Source of the DNA: Reclinomonas americana ATCC 50394
Taxonomy: Eukaryota
Assembly (NCBI GenBank): GCA_048213135.1
Contig: PS015026.1
Location: 300,526-340,035 of the forward strand
Reading direction: 5' to 3'
Length of the DNA stretch: 39,510 nucleotides
Shown: one piece after another, positions 23,956 to 35,770 of the stretch
Position numbering within the stretch: position 1 is the first letter of the stretch
Layout: each line of letters starts with the position of its first letter
Notes under the pieces: generated by a model
What the model saw: only the letters and a program-made list of their open reading frames with translations
Told to the model about the DNA's origin: nothing
The model's database searches: none
Position numbers and translations under genes: made by a program

Positions 23956-24215
23956 GTGCGGAATGCCATGATGATTAATCGTCACTGCAAGCACATCACT
24001 GCAAGCACATCAATGCAACCACGATTCAGTGTCTATCTCTCCCCTTTCTTCCGTCCCTTTCTCTTTCTTCCTCCCTCCGTGCTCTCTCTCTCTCTCTCTC
24101 TCTCGCTATATGTGTGGAATGCCATGATGCTTAATCGTCACTTCAAGCACGTCAATGCAATCTTCATGTACGTGTCTATCTCCCTTTCTTCCGTCCCTTC
24201 TCTCGCTGTCTCCCT
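23911..24215. repeat. Two diverged tandem copies (~155 bp period) of a (CT)n-headed unit
   Basis: gtatgtgcggaatgccatgatgattaatcgtcactgcaagcac (~23952) versus atatgtgtggaatgccatgatgcttaatcgtcacttcaagcac (~24108), each followed by ...cttccgtccctt. Confidence 0.85.
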
Positions 24216-24390
24216 CTCACATCCACTCTCTGTTCATCTGTTTGTCGCATGCCTTGATGCCTAACTGACGCAGTCGGCACATCAAGGCAGTCAGTATGCC
24301 GTCTCTTCTCTTCCTACTCCCATCCCTCCTCTCTCCCCACTCCCTCCCCCTTTCCCTTCTCTGTCATTGCACTCACCATGCACGCTTGCA

Positions 24391-25704
24391 GGGATACTCG
24401 AGTGTCGCCGCGCCCGGATTCATGATCTCAATGGTGCTGTCTGCGCCTGCTCCCTTGCCCGGCGCGCATCTTGTCATGACCTGTTTCTCGTCTTCGTTTT
24501 GTTGTTTGCAGGCGGAGATGACGAGCGTGACGTGGGTGGACGACACGACGGTGCGCGTGCAGAGTGGAGCGCGCTGGGCCGATGTGTACGAGGCGTTCCG
24601 TGCGCATGGCGGACTGTGGGTGGTCACTGGTGGCTTGTGTCCGTCGGTGGGCGTCGCTGGCTTCACCATGGGCGGCGGCGTGGGTCCGGTGGCGCGGCAG
24701 TATGGCTTGGCCATCGACAATGTGCTGGCGTTCACGGTGGTCACGGCGATTGGCTCGGAGATTATTCAGGTCGACGAGAAGAACAACAGTGACTTGTTCT
24801 GGGCGCTGCGCGGTGGTGGCGGAGGCAACTTTGGTGCGGTGGTCGACATTACCTTCCGCGTGCACCGTGGACCGGAGCAGTACACGTGGGGCGAGGTGCG
24901 TGAGAGGAGAGAGAGAGGCAAGAAGAAAAGCAATTGCTCATCCCTTCTCCGCAGGTGTGCTACCGCAACACGACCGACGACATGCGCGCGGCGCTGCTGC
25001 CGCTGTCCAAGCACGCCGCAGCGCTGCCGGGCATGATGAATGTGGATGTGGTGCTGGAGCGCGACTCGGGCGCCTGTCTGTGGATTGTGTACCAGGGCGC
25101 AAAGGAGGAGGCCGAGGCGCTGCTGAAGCCGATTCTCGATGCGGCGCCAACGCCGGCCTCCAGCTCCTTCCAGGCATTCATTTGCTTCTGGGAACTCATT
25201 CAGGCGTACGCTGCGGCGCATGGGTACGGCGAATTCAGTGACGAACCGTACCACCTGCGCAACGTGCTGGTGGCAGAGTTTTCGCCGGAGCTGGTGGATT
25301 TGCTGGTGGAGTCGACCGTGGCCGCGCCCGACGACTGCGACATGCACATGATCCAGTTTGGCGGCGTCATTAGCAAGGTCGACAAGCACCACACCGCCTT
25401 TTACCACCGCAACGCCGAGTACATGGTGTATGCGTCGTGCGGTTTCACTGACGAGGCCTCGGAGACGGCTGTCGTCGCCTATCTCGACCTGTGGTACGCT
25501 CGCGCACGGCAGCTCTCTGTCGGCGCGTACGTCAACTTTATCGACCGCAACGTGGTCGGCTGGGAAGACATGTTCTACGGTGGCAATCTGGACCGACTGC
25601 GTCGCATCAAGGAGTTCTGGAACCCGCCTGGCCGCGGTCCCATGCGGTTCCCGCAGGAGATTGGCGCCGACTTGCCACAGCAGCATCTGGTTGGCCATGT
25701 TTGA
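24391..25704 (+). CDS. Berberine-bridge-enzyme-like FAD-linked oxidoreductase (FAD_binding_4 + BBE); 5' part unresolved. Exons about 24391-24432, 24512-24895, 24955-25704
   Basis: GYSS, VQSGARWADVY, GLCPSVGVAGFTMGGGVG, YGLAIDNV, DLFWALRGGGGGNFG, AYVNFID, FYGGNLDRLRRIKEFWNP. Confidence 0.93.
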
Positions 25705-25794
25705 TTTCTCTCTCTCTCTCTCTACCTCTCTGTTTCCCTAATGATTGAATGAATGAATGTTGTTTTGATGTGATAAAACATACAAGGCCGTGTT

Positions 25795-28700
25795 TTATCT
25801 CCTTCCCAGTGCACTGGCGGAGCGCGACGAGGCAGAGAGTGGACGCACGCCGCTGCCTGATGCCTCGCCGTAGCCACCACCATCATCATCGCCATCCTCC
25901 AACTCCTCAATGTAATCGGTGTGTTCCGGTCCCTCCCAGTCCAGGAACTGCAGGACGCGACATTTCAGCGATCACCAAGCCTTCAAATCCATCAAGAAAC
26001 ACACACACACACACACACCTCCTCGTATTCGGTGGCGTTGAAGTCGATATTGTTCATCTTGAGCACCTTGACCAGCTCGCCGATCTTTTCGCGTTGCACG
26101 GCCTTGGCAGCCTGCAGCGCACGCACCGCCTTGTCCTCGAATTGCTTTTCCACCGAGTTTTGAATCTTCTTGGCCTGCACACGCGCATGCATTTCAGAGG
26201 CGTATTGAATAAAAGGGAGCAAGAAGCGGCCATTACGTACCGATGCGCCGTAGCTGAGAGTCGACTTGGTCTCACTGACCGAGTCCGACGCCGGCGTCAC
26301 ATTGACAAACATGAGCGTCTTGGCCGTGCCTCCGATAGTGTCCTTCAGAAGCATGGTCAGCGCGTTCGAGCGGTACGAGAACTGCTTGACGGCGCGTGTG
26401 CCCGAGGCGTGGGCAATCAGATTCTGCAACGCCGACAGACTCTGGTTGATGGTCGTGGCCTCCTTGACGGCGTGCTTGTCCTTCAGTTGCGTGCGTGCCA
26501 GGCGCTCCGAGCCGGCCAGATCGACCAGCGTCAGCTTGCCGAGGGTCGTCTTCTTGTTCTGTGTGCATTCAAAAGACCGCAAGCAGTCAGAGTGAGCTTC
26601 CTCTCTTCTTCGTCGCTCCACACGCACCTTGAGGTTGGTGACATGCACGTTGATGACGAACAGCAGGTGCGAGCGCGACGAGGTGTCATTCATGGCCGTC
26701 GTGCGCTCGTGACGCGATGCATTGCCCATCTGGAACAGCTCGAGCATCTCCTCGGGTGACGACACCGACACCTCCACCAGTCCACGCACATTGCCGTCGG
26801 CGGTGATGGTGAGTTTCGGTGGCGGGTTCTCCTGCTGGAACTTGTCGTACAGCTTCTCCAAGTACAGCTCAACCATGGTGCATCGAATCTCAACCGTCGA
26901 CTCGCGAATGTTGCGCGTCTTGTGGAAGATCTCGCGCATGGCGCGCGGAGCAATGCCCTCCAGATCCTCAATGCCCGGCGCACCCGTCATGGTGTGCGTC
27001 TTGCCGGAACCCGTTTGGCCGTATGCAAAGATGCACACGTTGTAGCCATCGATGGACGACTGCACCAGCGGCTGCACGTGCTTGAACACCTCTGCCTGGG
27101 AGGCCGTCTCCGAGAATACTCGCGAGAACACATAGTCGATGAACGGCTTGCGGTTGGCCTCGTCGGGCACCATCAGGCGGCACGTGTACGCATCCGGGTA
27201 GCGAGCAATCTGCAACGGTTGTCAGTGGTGCGTGCATCAGCTGACAAAACGGGAGTGCGGCGGCGGCGACTCACGTGCTCGACACCGGGAGTCGTCAACT
27301 CGCGTGTGTTGAGCGGACGCATGCGGGCAAACACGCGGATGCCGCCCTTCATGTCCTCGATTTCGTTGTGCAACTTCTTGTTTTGTGCGCCGACCACCAC
27401 AAAGTCCTCCTCCAGATGCCGCACCTCAGCCTCGAGCTCGTCCTTCTTGGACTTGACCTCATCCAGCTCCTGTGGCGAGTGGTCAGTTCATGCAGTTGGC
27501 GCAAGTGTGCGCAATGACTGCAGCACCTTGGCCATCTCCTCCACTTGGCCCATGTTGTCGCGGAAGTCGCGCAGTGCCCTTTTTGCCTTCTTGAACTTGC
27601 GTTGGGTCATCTCGAATTGCTGCTTCGTGTCCTCCAGTTCCTTCTTCAGCGACTCGGTCTCCTCGGCCGTCAACTCGCCTGGCAGAATGATGCCTGCGCA
27701 ACCATACAACATGTCAGTGCACAGCTGCGGTCCTCTGTGAACCGATCGTGTGGACGCACCCGATCGGAGCATGGCCACTTGCTCTTGCAGGCGAAGCTTG
27801 TCGTCGCAGAGTGTGGCAATCGTCGTCTCGGCATCGTGGTCTCCGTCAGCAGAGGCTGCACAGATACGGCATCAGCACTCTCACCAATAACGGCGTGCAT
27901 GGGGGATACACAGGCTGCTTACCGAGATGCACTTGCTTCTCCCGCTCGGCCAGCTGCCGTCGCAACTCGCGATTCTCGTGGAAGAGCGTCAATGTCTGCT
28001 CCGAGACGGCGCCAGGTGCTACAGGGAGCAATGTGAGCAGACAGCTCGCATAACGACACAAAGAAGACCACTGCACTCTCTCACCTGAAGCGACAACCGG
28101 CCCGCTTCCGCCAATTCCTGGCGGGGGCGGCGGGCGGGCGTGCTTCTCGGCCACCGACCTCGGCGGTGCCATGGAGCTGCGTACATTGGTCTTTTGCATG
28201 ACAGCTGCACAGCATAACAATGAGCGGCGACTCTAAAGCACCACGAAGGTGCGTGGCACGACGCAACCCCTCTGGATCTGCTCAGGCGAGTTGCCGGCGG
28301 CCACCATCTGCTTCACAGTGGTCTCCAGCTCAGTGACAGTGGCCAGCAGCCGCTGGTTCTGCTGAATGAGCTCTTGAGCTGCGGGAGCGGTCGCGTTGTG
28401 TGAGCTATCTATCACCGACACGCATAATGCAAGCACCCACACGCAACTGCCTTCGTCGGTGGTGAAAATCGCCGACGGATTGTGCATGAGTGCGCGATCG
28501 TTCAGAGCACGGCGCAAGTCGTCATTCTCCAACTGCAGCCGGTCCTCCTCCAACTTGTGGGCATCGCACGCTGTCAGGTGCACACGACAAGGTGAGATAT
28601 TCGGAAACGTGCAGGTCTGGCAGCGTCACTGCCTCTCTCTCTCTCTCTCTCTCTCACCGGCTTGCACCACATCGAGCTCCTCGCGCAGACGACCCACTTC

Positions 28701-31700
28701 GGTCTGCAGCGCCGACTTTTGCACCGTCAAATTGGTCATGATGTCGCGCACCGTGGCGTCATTGATCTTCTCAGTCATGCGGTGGGAGAGCGTCTCCTCC
28801 GTCTCGGCGAGCCGGCGACGCAGCTTGTTGGTCTCCTCGCGAGCAGCCGCCACCTGCCACGCAATAATGTCAGACTTACGGGCAGCTCCAGGAACGCCAA
28901 CGACGTGTGCACACACAAACCTTGTCGGCAAACTCCTCGCGCTGCGTCTCCAAGTCGCGCAATAGCTAGCAACAGACATGGTGTGAGATGCGCGGAGGAA
29001 GTGGTGGTCTTCGATATGCGGTGAATGCTCATACCCGGTGATTCTCGGCAGAGCCCTTCTCGAAGCGTTCACGCAGCAACGCCACGTGCTCCTGCAGCTC
29101 GCGGTTCTCGCGATTCGCCTGCAACACAGCCAGCTGGTGGTCCACCGAGTCTGCTGGATTCGGCTCCTGTCCGTTGGCCGACGACGGCAACGCACGGCCC
29201 ATCTCCTCCAATTTTTTGTGCAACAAGCGGACCTCCATCTGCAAATCGGCATTCTCCACCTCCAACTCAGACACGCGCTTCGATTGATCTGCGCCGGGTG
29301 TGAGTGCTTCGGATGAATGTCTCTGTGCATATCACAAAGACGCACCAACAAACTTGTTGGGATCGACGGCCTCTTGTGGGGGTGGCGCCATCTGCAGATC
29401 GCGTGGAGAGTAAGAATGGTGCGTGTCATGCGTGATTCACCAGAATTCGGCAGACGCAACTCCTGCGGCATTGGCGCGTGACGCCTTGACCTTGCCCTCC
29501 TGGTGCTTGAAGCGATAGTGATCGAATTCGTCCTGGATGCGCTGCTTCTCGCGTAGCACGGCATCCATCTCACTCTGCGCAATCTGCTCGCGCTGCTTGA
29601 GACGCTCGACAGTGGTTCGTGCGTCACCGGCCTCAGCGGCAGCCTTGGTCGCCGCCCTTTGCGCCTCGACCAACGCGTCGTTGCGGGAGCGCACCTCGCC
29701 TGTACACCATGTAAGGGACAGCAATCAGAGAAGCAGTTGCAGTACGACGGCCACCAGCAATAACGCACTTTCTAGTCTCTGCACTTGATCGCTCTGCTTG
29801 CGCAGTCGCTCTTGCAGTGCACGCACAGCGGCAGCGGCACGCTCCGACCCGCTGGTGGCCTCGTCCATGTAACTAGACGTCTCCTCACGCAAGCTACGAA
29901 TCTCCTCGTCCTTGTCTGCAGCGCGCCAATGAGTACGTTGTCGGCTGCATGCATCCCTTCATCCAGAGAGATACTCACCGGCGAGCAGCTTCTCGTACTG
30001 CGCGCGCTGTTCGGCCACCAGTGCATCCGAGCGCTTTCGCTCATTCTCCATTTGCTCGCGCATGGCAGCCTCGAGCTGTATGACATGCGTGAGTCGAGTG
30101 CGAGCTCCATTTTCTCTACTGCAACCCACAAACCGTCTCCTTTTGCTTCGCAACCCGCGCCTGTGCGTCGTGTCGCTCCTTCAGCTCCCGCAACAGCTTG
30201 TCCTTCTTGTTGAACAGACGCTCAAACACATCACGCCGGCTCGTCGACTCCTCCAGTGGAGGAATGGCGAATGCACTGCCGGGGCGACTACTACCGCCGC
30301 CCTTCAACGCACGCTCCACCATCTCCGAGTACTTTTGTCGCCACGCCTCAATCTGCGTCCCTCCTCCCGATGTGAGGCAAAGATGAGAGAGAAGGAGAGC
30401 CACGAGTCACGCAACCGCTCCCTCGTGTTCCTCGCGCTCCGTCCGCAGCGTGCGACGCTGCTCTTCGAGCTGCGTCTGCGCCTCCTCAATGCCGGAGCCC
30501 ATGGAACTGCGCAGTGTGTGCATCTCGGCCTCGCTGTGCGATCGCGCCGCCTCCAACTCGGCCGTCAGCCGGGCCTTGACCGTCTGCAGTTCGGATTCGA
30601 GCTGACGGCGCACGGCCTCCACCTCGCGGTCCATCTGACTCTGCATGGCTGTCATCTCGGCGACCTTGTCGGCCTTGAGCGCGGCCATGTCGGAGGCCAT
30701 CTCTCGCCGAATCGTGGTGAGCTCCTGTGCCAGTGAGGCCTCGTTTTCGTTCAACTTGGCCTCCACTGTGCGCAAGAGGACAATTAGTGGGCGTAGGGAA
30801 ACACGGGAGGGAAGGGGAGGGAGAATGCAACATTCGACTTTCTCGCGCTCCAATCGCAAGCGGTTTTGTTCCATCTTTTCGCGGTAGTCGCCCAACACGG
30901 CCTCCTTCTCCTTCTCGGACTCGAACTTGGCACGGTCACTGCGCTCCATTTCCTCTGCCACACGGATATTCAGCCGGCGGATCTCAGCACTCATCTCCTC
31001 CAGCTGCGACTCCAGCTCTTCCAACTCCTTCTTGTGTTTCCGGCGTTCCTCTCGCAGATCGCGATGCTTGGTGAACGCATGTCGGATGCGATCGCTCTGC
31101 GTCGTCTGGTACCGATCTAGGAAGGCCACAAAGTATTTCTGCCCACACGAAAAAGCGGTCATGACGAGCGAGGCTCAGGAGCGACTGAATAATGAACGGA
31201 CGCACTCTGATCTCCTCCTCGATTTGGCGGTAGTTGCCGTCCAACTCCTCCACCGCCTGCACGTAGCGTTGCTTCATGCTCCGCATGTCGTCGACCACTC
31301 GCTGAATCTGCCGCCGAGCGAGCTCGTACGGCACGTAGGCAGTTTCATTTGCCGCCGCAATCGCAGCCACGTTGCGCGGCTTCAGCACGTTCGAGTCGGG
31401 CGCGTCACGCACACCCTCTGCAGCGGAGTGAGCACGTGGCAAGAGCGACGCGTATGTGAAAAAAAGGCACACGCACCCTCATGCGACAGCTGAGCGAGGA
31501 ACTCACGCGCCGATTGCCGACGACGCGGCGGCGACGCGGACGACGACGACGAGGACGAAGAGGAAGACGAAGACGACGAACGAGACTTGGCCGCCGAGGC
31601 CGCCGACGACGGCCGCGTGCTACCCGGATTGCGTGTGCTGCCACCTGCCGCGTTCAGCATGGCGCGCCCATTGGCGCCGGTGCCGGACAAGGACGTGGTG

Positions 31701-32117
31701 CGTCGTGGCGCCACATCCACATCTGCCGGATCATGTCAGCCGGGAACGACAACAGAAGCAACAGATGAAGGTACGCACCTGACTGGAGCGATCGCGCCGA
31801 CTGCTCGTGCTCGTGCTGGTGGTGATCGATGGAGGGCGCCGCAGCTGCGCGCATCGATCCATGAGCGCAAGCATGTGCGTCTGAGCAACAACAAGAGACA
31901 ACCTACCATGACTGCCATTCGTCAACACATTAGCCATGCGCTGCGGCACGCGGACAGGCACCACCGGCCCCGTCAACGACGACACACTCTCTGTGGGCGA
32001 CTGCACGCCAAACGGATCATGGCCACCCGCTGTCACCGGCCCACCCGGCGTCGTCTTGTGCGTCGGCGAGCTCACCAACCCCGGGTGCATCGCCAGTCGC
32101 CCCGACATCGAGTCCAT
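25795..32117 (-). CDS. Kinesin-14 (C-terminal motor), KCBP-like, with a long N-terminal coiled coil; multi-exon
   Basis: Neck LHNEIEDMKGGIRVFARMRP, DGYNVCIFAYGQTGSGKT (P-loop), NDTSSRSH (switch I), LVDLAGSER (switch II), GGTAKTLMFVNVTP. About 4.5 kb of coiled-coil exons upstream, phase-compatible at the junctions checked. Last exon FLDWEG...GRR with stop at 25797-25795. Confidence 0.92.
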
Positions 32118-32324
32118 CGACGACGCAACATCTACACGCACAGTAAGTCACTGATGACAACGCGATCAGTCACGCGTCACCACAGACCAAGTGGCTCCAG
32201 TCGACCGCGCTCTGCGTGTACACAACACATGTGAGACTACATAATGACACACAGAGGAGAGCAAGACAGTGAGAGAGTCACCAGAGGCGATTGATCGGGC
32301 AACAGTCGACGGCGCCACTGTGCG

Positions 32325-32354
32325 CAAAAAAATGTCAACGTTCACATTTTTTTG
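32325..32354. promoter_or_regulatory. 30-bp near-perfect palindrome in the divergent kinesin/carrier intergenic region
   Basis: caaaaaaatgt-c-aacgtt-c-acatttttttg. The sequence is directly visible; a regulatory role is only inferred from position. Confidence 0.35.
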
Positions 32355-32686
32355 TCAGCAGTCATCAGTCGCGCATTACCTCCTGCCGCGCCCCACGCCT
32401 CTCCCACATCTATCTCTCACACAAGTAAGCATGCCAGACATGGAGTAAAGAGAGTATAGAGTGTGGGGCGCGTAACATCCTTCATCAGCCGAGGGCACCA
32501 CTGACGGCCCAGCGCCCGCCATGACCACCAGTGACGCAGCAGAGTTGGGAGGCAGTGTGTTGCCTCCTCCTCCTCCACTGTGCCCAGCGAGTGCGGCGCG
32601 GTCCAGTCGCCGAACCTCACTGCTCATGAGTGATCACACTGACAATCGGTTGACACCACTGCACAGGACAGACAGTGCGATCAGTC

Positions 32687-34257
32687 ATGAGTGGTGATCG
32701 TGCGCCTACACCGCTGCAGCGGTTTGTGTTTGGTGGATTCTCGTGTCAAGTGGCCTCCACGTTGCGTTTCTTTTTTTAATTGTTGCTGCCTTGTTGCTTC
32801 CCTCACTTACAAACACAACGACTGCTGCAGCATTCTGTCGCCAATGGATGTGGCGAAGGTTCGACTGCAGGTGCAGGTAAGTGCGTCTGTTATGCGTACT
32901 AGGTGCGTGCTGCGTTTTGACCACGCGCGCGCGCAGAAAGATCGGCATTTCGGCGGCATGTTGCATACGATGCGCGTGTTGTATGTGGAGAATGGAGTGC
33001 GTGGGTGGTTCAAGGGCTGGCAGGCGTCGATGATGCGGGAGGCGTCATACTCGAGGTTGGTGTGCTCTTTGTGTCTGTGTCTCTTTGGTGCCTTTGTCAT
33101 TCGAATCGTTGCAGTCTGCGCATGGGATTGTATGATCCGTTCCGGGAGTGGACGGATCGTGTGGCGCCTGGGCTGGGAGTGCTGACCAAGGTCACGGCTG
33201 GTCTCATGTCGGGTGTTGCGTCGAGTCTTTCTGCTGCTGTTCTCCTCCTTCTTCTTCATCGTCGTGTCTCATGAATCCACTCGTGCAGTGTCTCGGGGCG
33301 GCACTGACGGTTCGCCTCCTGCCTTCCCACCAGTGTTGTTGTTGACTGTGTCTCTCACTACGTGCGAGCTTGTTGTTACAGACGCCGCTGGATGTGGTCA
33401 AGGTGCGCTTCCAGACGCAGGGGCCGTTCCCGACGCCTGGTGTGCCATTCTTCCGGTCCACCCCCGAGGCGTTTGTTCGGATTTATCGCGACGAGGTGGG
33501 CTTCCAGGCGCTGCTGTGAGGTGTGCACTGCTCACTCACAGTCGTGGCAGGGTGGATTGCGTGCGCTGTATCGCGGCGCCGTGCCCAATGTCTCGCGGGC
33601 GGCGTCATTGACCGGCGCACAACTTGGTGGATATGGTGTGCATTTCGTGCACGTGCCGTCTTCCCGTCGACTGCCGCCCCGCGCTCGTCGCTCACCGCCT
33701 GCACAGACTCCATCAAGAACCTCATCTTGCTGCCGTCGGGTTACTTTAATGACGACATAATCTGCCACTTCCTGTCGTCGGCCTTGGCTGGAGTTGCACA
33801 CACACTCATGCGCGCGTCGGATTTCCCTTTCTTCTCCCTCAAACTCACACTGTCTCTTTTTGTCGACTCCAGGTGGTTACCACCACTGCCGCCAATCCGT
33901 GGGATGTGGTCAAGGTACAGCGGGGCGATCTGCCGCCGCCTTGTGAGCTGGGTTGCTGATTCATTGCACGAAAAAATGCAGACGCGCATGATGAACGATC
34001 ACGCGCACAAGTTCAGAGGCATGGCGCACACTGCCGTGTGTATTCTGCGAGACGAGGGCCTCACGGCGTTTATGAAAGGCTGGGTGCCGTCGTTCTACAG
34101 GTGAGCAGTTGGCACGATCGCGCGCTGCCGTTTCTTCGATATGTTGGTTGATGCGCTTCATGACTCTCGCACGCTGCGCAGACTGGCACCGCACACGGTC
34201 ATGTCGTTTATCATGTACGAGAAGTTGCGGTTGATGTTCGGGCATCAATCGCTGTGA
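32687..34257 (+). CDS. Mitochondrial carrier (SLC25), UCP/oxoglutarate/dicarboxylate subgroup; multi-exon
   Basis: Three Px[D/E]xx[K/R]xR signatures (PMDVAKVR, PLDVVKVR, PWDVVKTR), plus ASMMREASYSSLRMGLYD, PNVSRAASLTGAQLGGYD and KGWVPSFYRLAPHTVMSFIMYEKLR. Confidence 0.93.
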
Positions 34258-34377
34258 CAACGCTGTCGCGAATGAAAAAGTTGTATTCAAATTTTATTAC
34301 TTCGCAACGTCGACGTTCCGAGCTCCTTCGCGCAGCTAAAGAGCCAAGCACGCGACCATGTCAGCTAAGGTGTAGCT

Positions 34378-34842
34378 ATGTACGAAGGTGGCGACTTGAT
34401 GGCGACCGTGCTTGAGAGAAGAGCAGTGAGACCTCGGACGAAGGACAGACACGGGACGTGCCCCCCAACCCACAACGACAACGCAATGAGGCCGTACGAA
34501 GACGACGACGACGACGACGATGATGGCGACGAGCACACGTCGCCAATGGACCTCACCGCCGCCTACTTTGCGCAGCGATACCGCCATCAACCACCACAAC
34601 AACGCGCACACTCCTCCTCGCCCTCATCCTCCTCACTCTCCAGTGCCCACTCACTGGGCGGCGACTCCTCGCCACCACCACCACCTCATCCTCCACCCAA
34701 CGTCCCGCCTCTCCTTCCACCACGCTCGCCACCCTCTGCGCAACAAGAACCAGTGCTGTTCATGGGCGTCCCTGTGTCACCGCGCGGCAGCATGAGTCCA
34801 CGCACTCTGCTCGCCCTCCAGCACCACAGTCCCCACGTGCAT

Positions 34843-34875
<33 letters not shown>

Positions 34876-35728
34876 TACGATGCACAGCAGTCGGCACCGA
34901 TCTTTAGCGTTGACGTGGCGCGACAATCGCCATCGACCACGCCGGTGAGTCACTCAGCTGTGTCTGCTGTCTTGGTGCAGTGCATGACTCACACTCGTGT
35001 GCTGCAGCGACAGCAACGGGCGTCGGCGATCAGCGGTGTCGATCCGGCCGAGGTCGCCGCCAAGATCCATCTGTCNNNNNNNNNNNNNNNNNNNNNNNNN
35101 NNNNNNNNNNNNNNNNNNNNNNNNNNNNNNNNNNNNNNNNNNNNNNNNNNNNNNNNNNNNNNNNNNNNNNNNNNNNNNNNNNNNNNNNNNNNNNNNNNNN
35201 NNNNNNNNNNNNNNNNNNNNNNNNNNNNNNNNNNNNNNNNNNNNNNNNNNNNNNNNNNNNNNNNNNNNNNNNNNNNNNNNNNNNNNNNNNNNNNNNNNNN
35301 NNNNNNNNNNNNNNNNNNNNNNNNNNNNNNNNNNNNNNNNNNNNNNNNNNNNNNNNNNNNNNNNNNNNNNNNNNNNNNNNNNNNNNNNNNNNNNNNNNNN
35401 NNNNNNNNNNNNNNNNNNNNNNNNNNNNNNNNNNNNNNNNNNNNNNNNNNNNNNNNNNNNNNNNNNNNNNNNNNNNNNNNNNNNNNNNNNNNNNNNNNNN
35501 NNNNNNNNNNNNNNNNNNNNNNNNNNNNNNNNNNNNNNNNNNNNNNNNNNNNNNNNNNNNNNNNNNNNNNNNNNNNNNNNNNNNNNNNNNNNNNNNNNNN
35601 NNNNNNNNNNNNNNNNNNNNNNNNNNNNNNNNNNNNNNNNNNNNNNNNNNNNGGCCGAGGCTGCGGCGATGCGAGAGAACGAGTTTATCACACGAGAGGT
35701 GGACGTGCATGGGCGGCCTCCGTTGTGA
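34378..35728 (+). CDS. Hypothetical low-complexity protein (poly-Asp, poly-Pro, poly-His); spans a gap
   Basis: Open frame from ATG 34378, intron at about 34945-35007. The frame resumes after the gap (KIHL-S-AEAAAMRENEF...PPL*) if the gap is of zero length. Confidence 0.55.
35076..35652. other. Assembly gap (N run)
   Basis: Run of N. Confidence 1.
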
Positions 35729-35770
35729 AGGCAGCGCGGACAATGTCAGTGAACACATAGAGTTGATATA

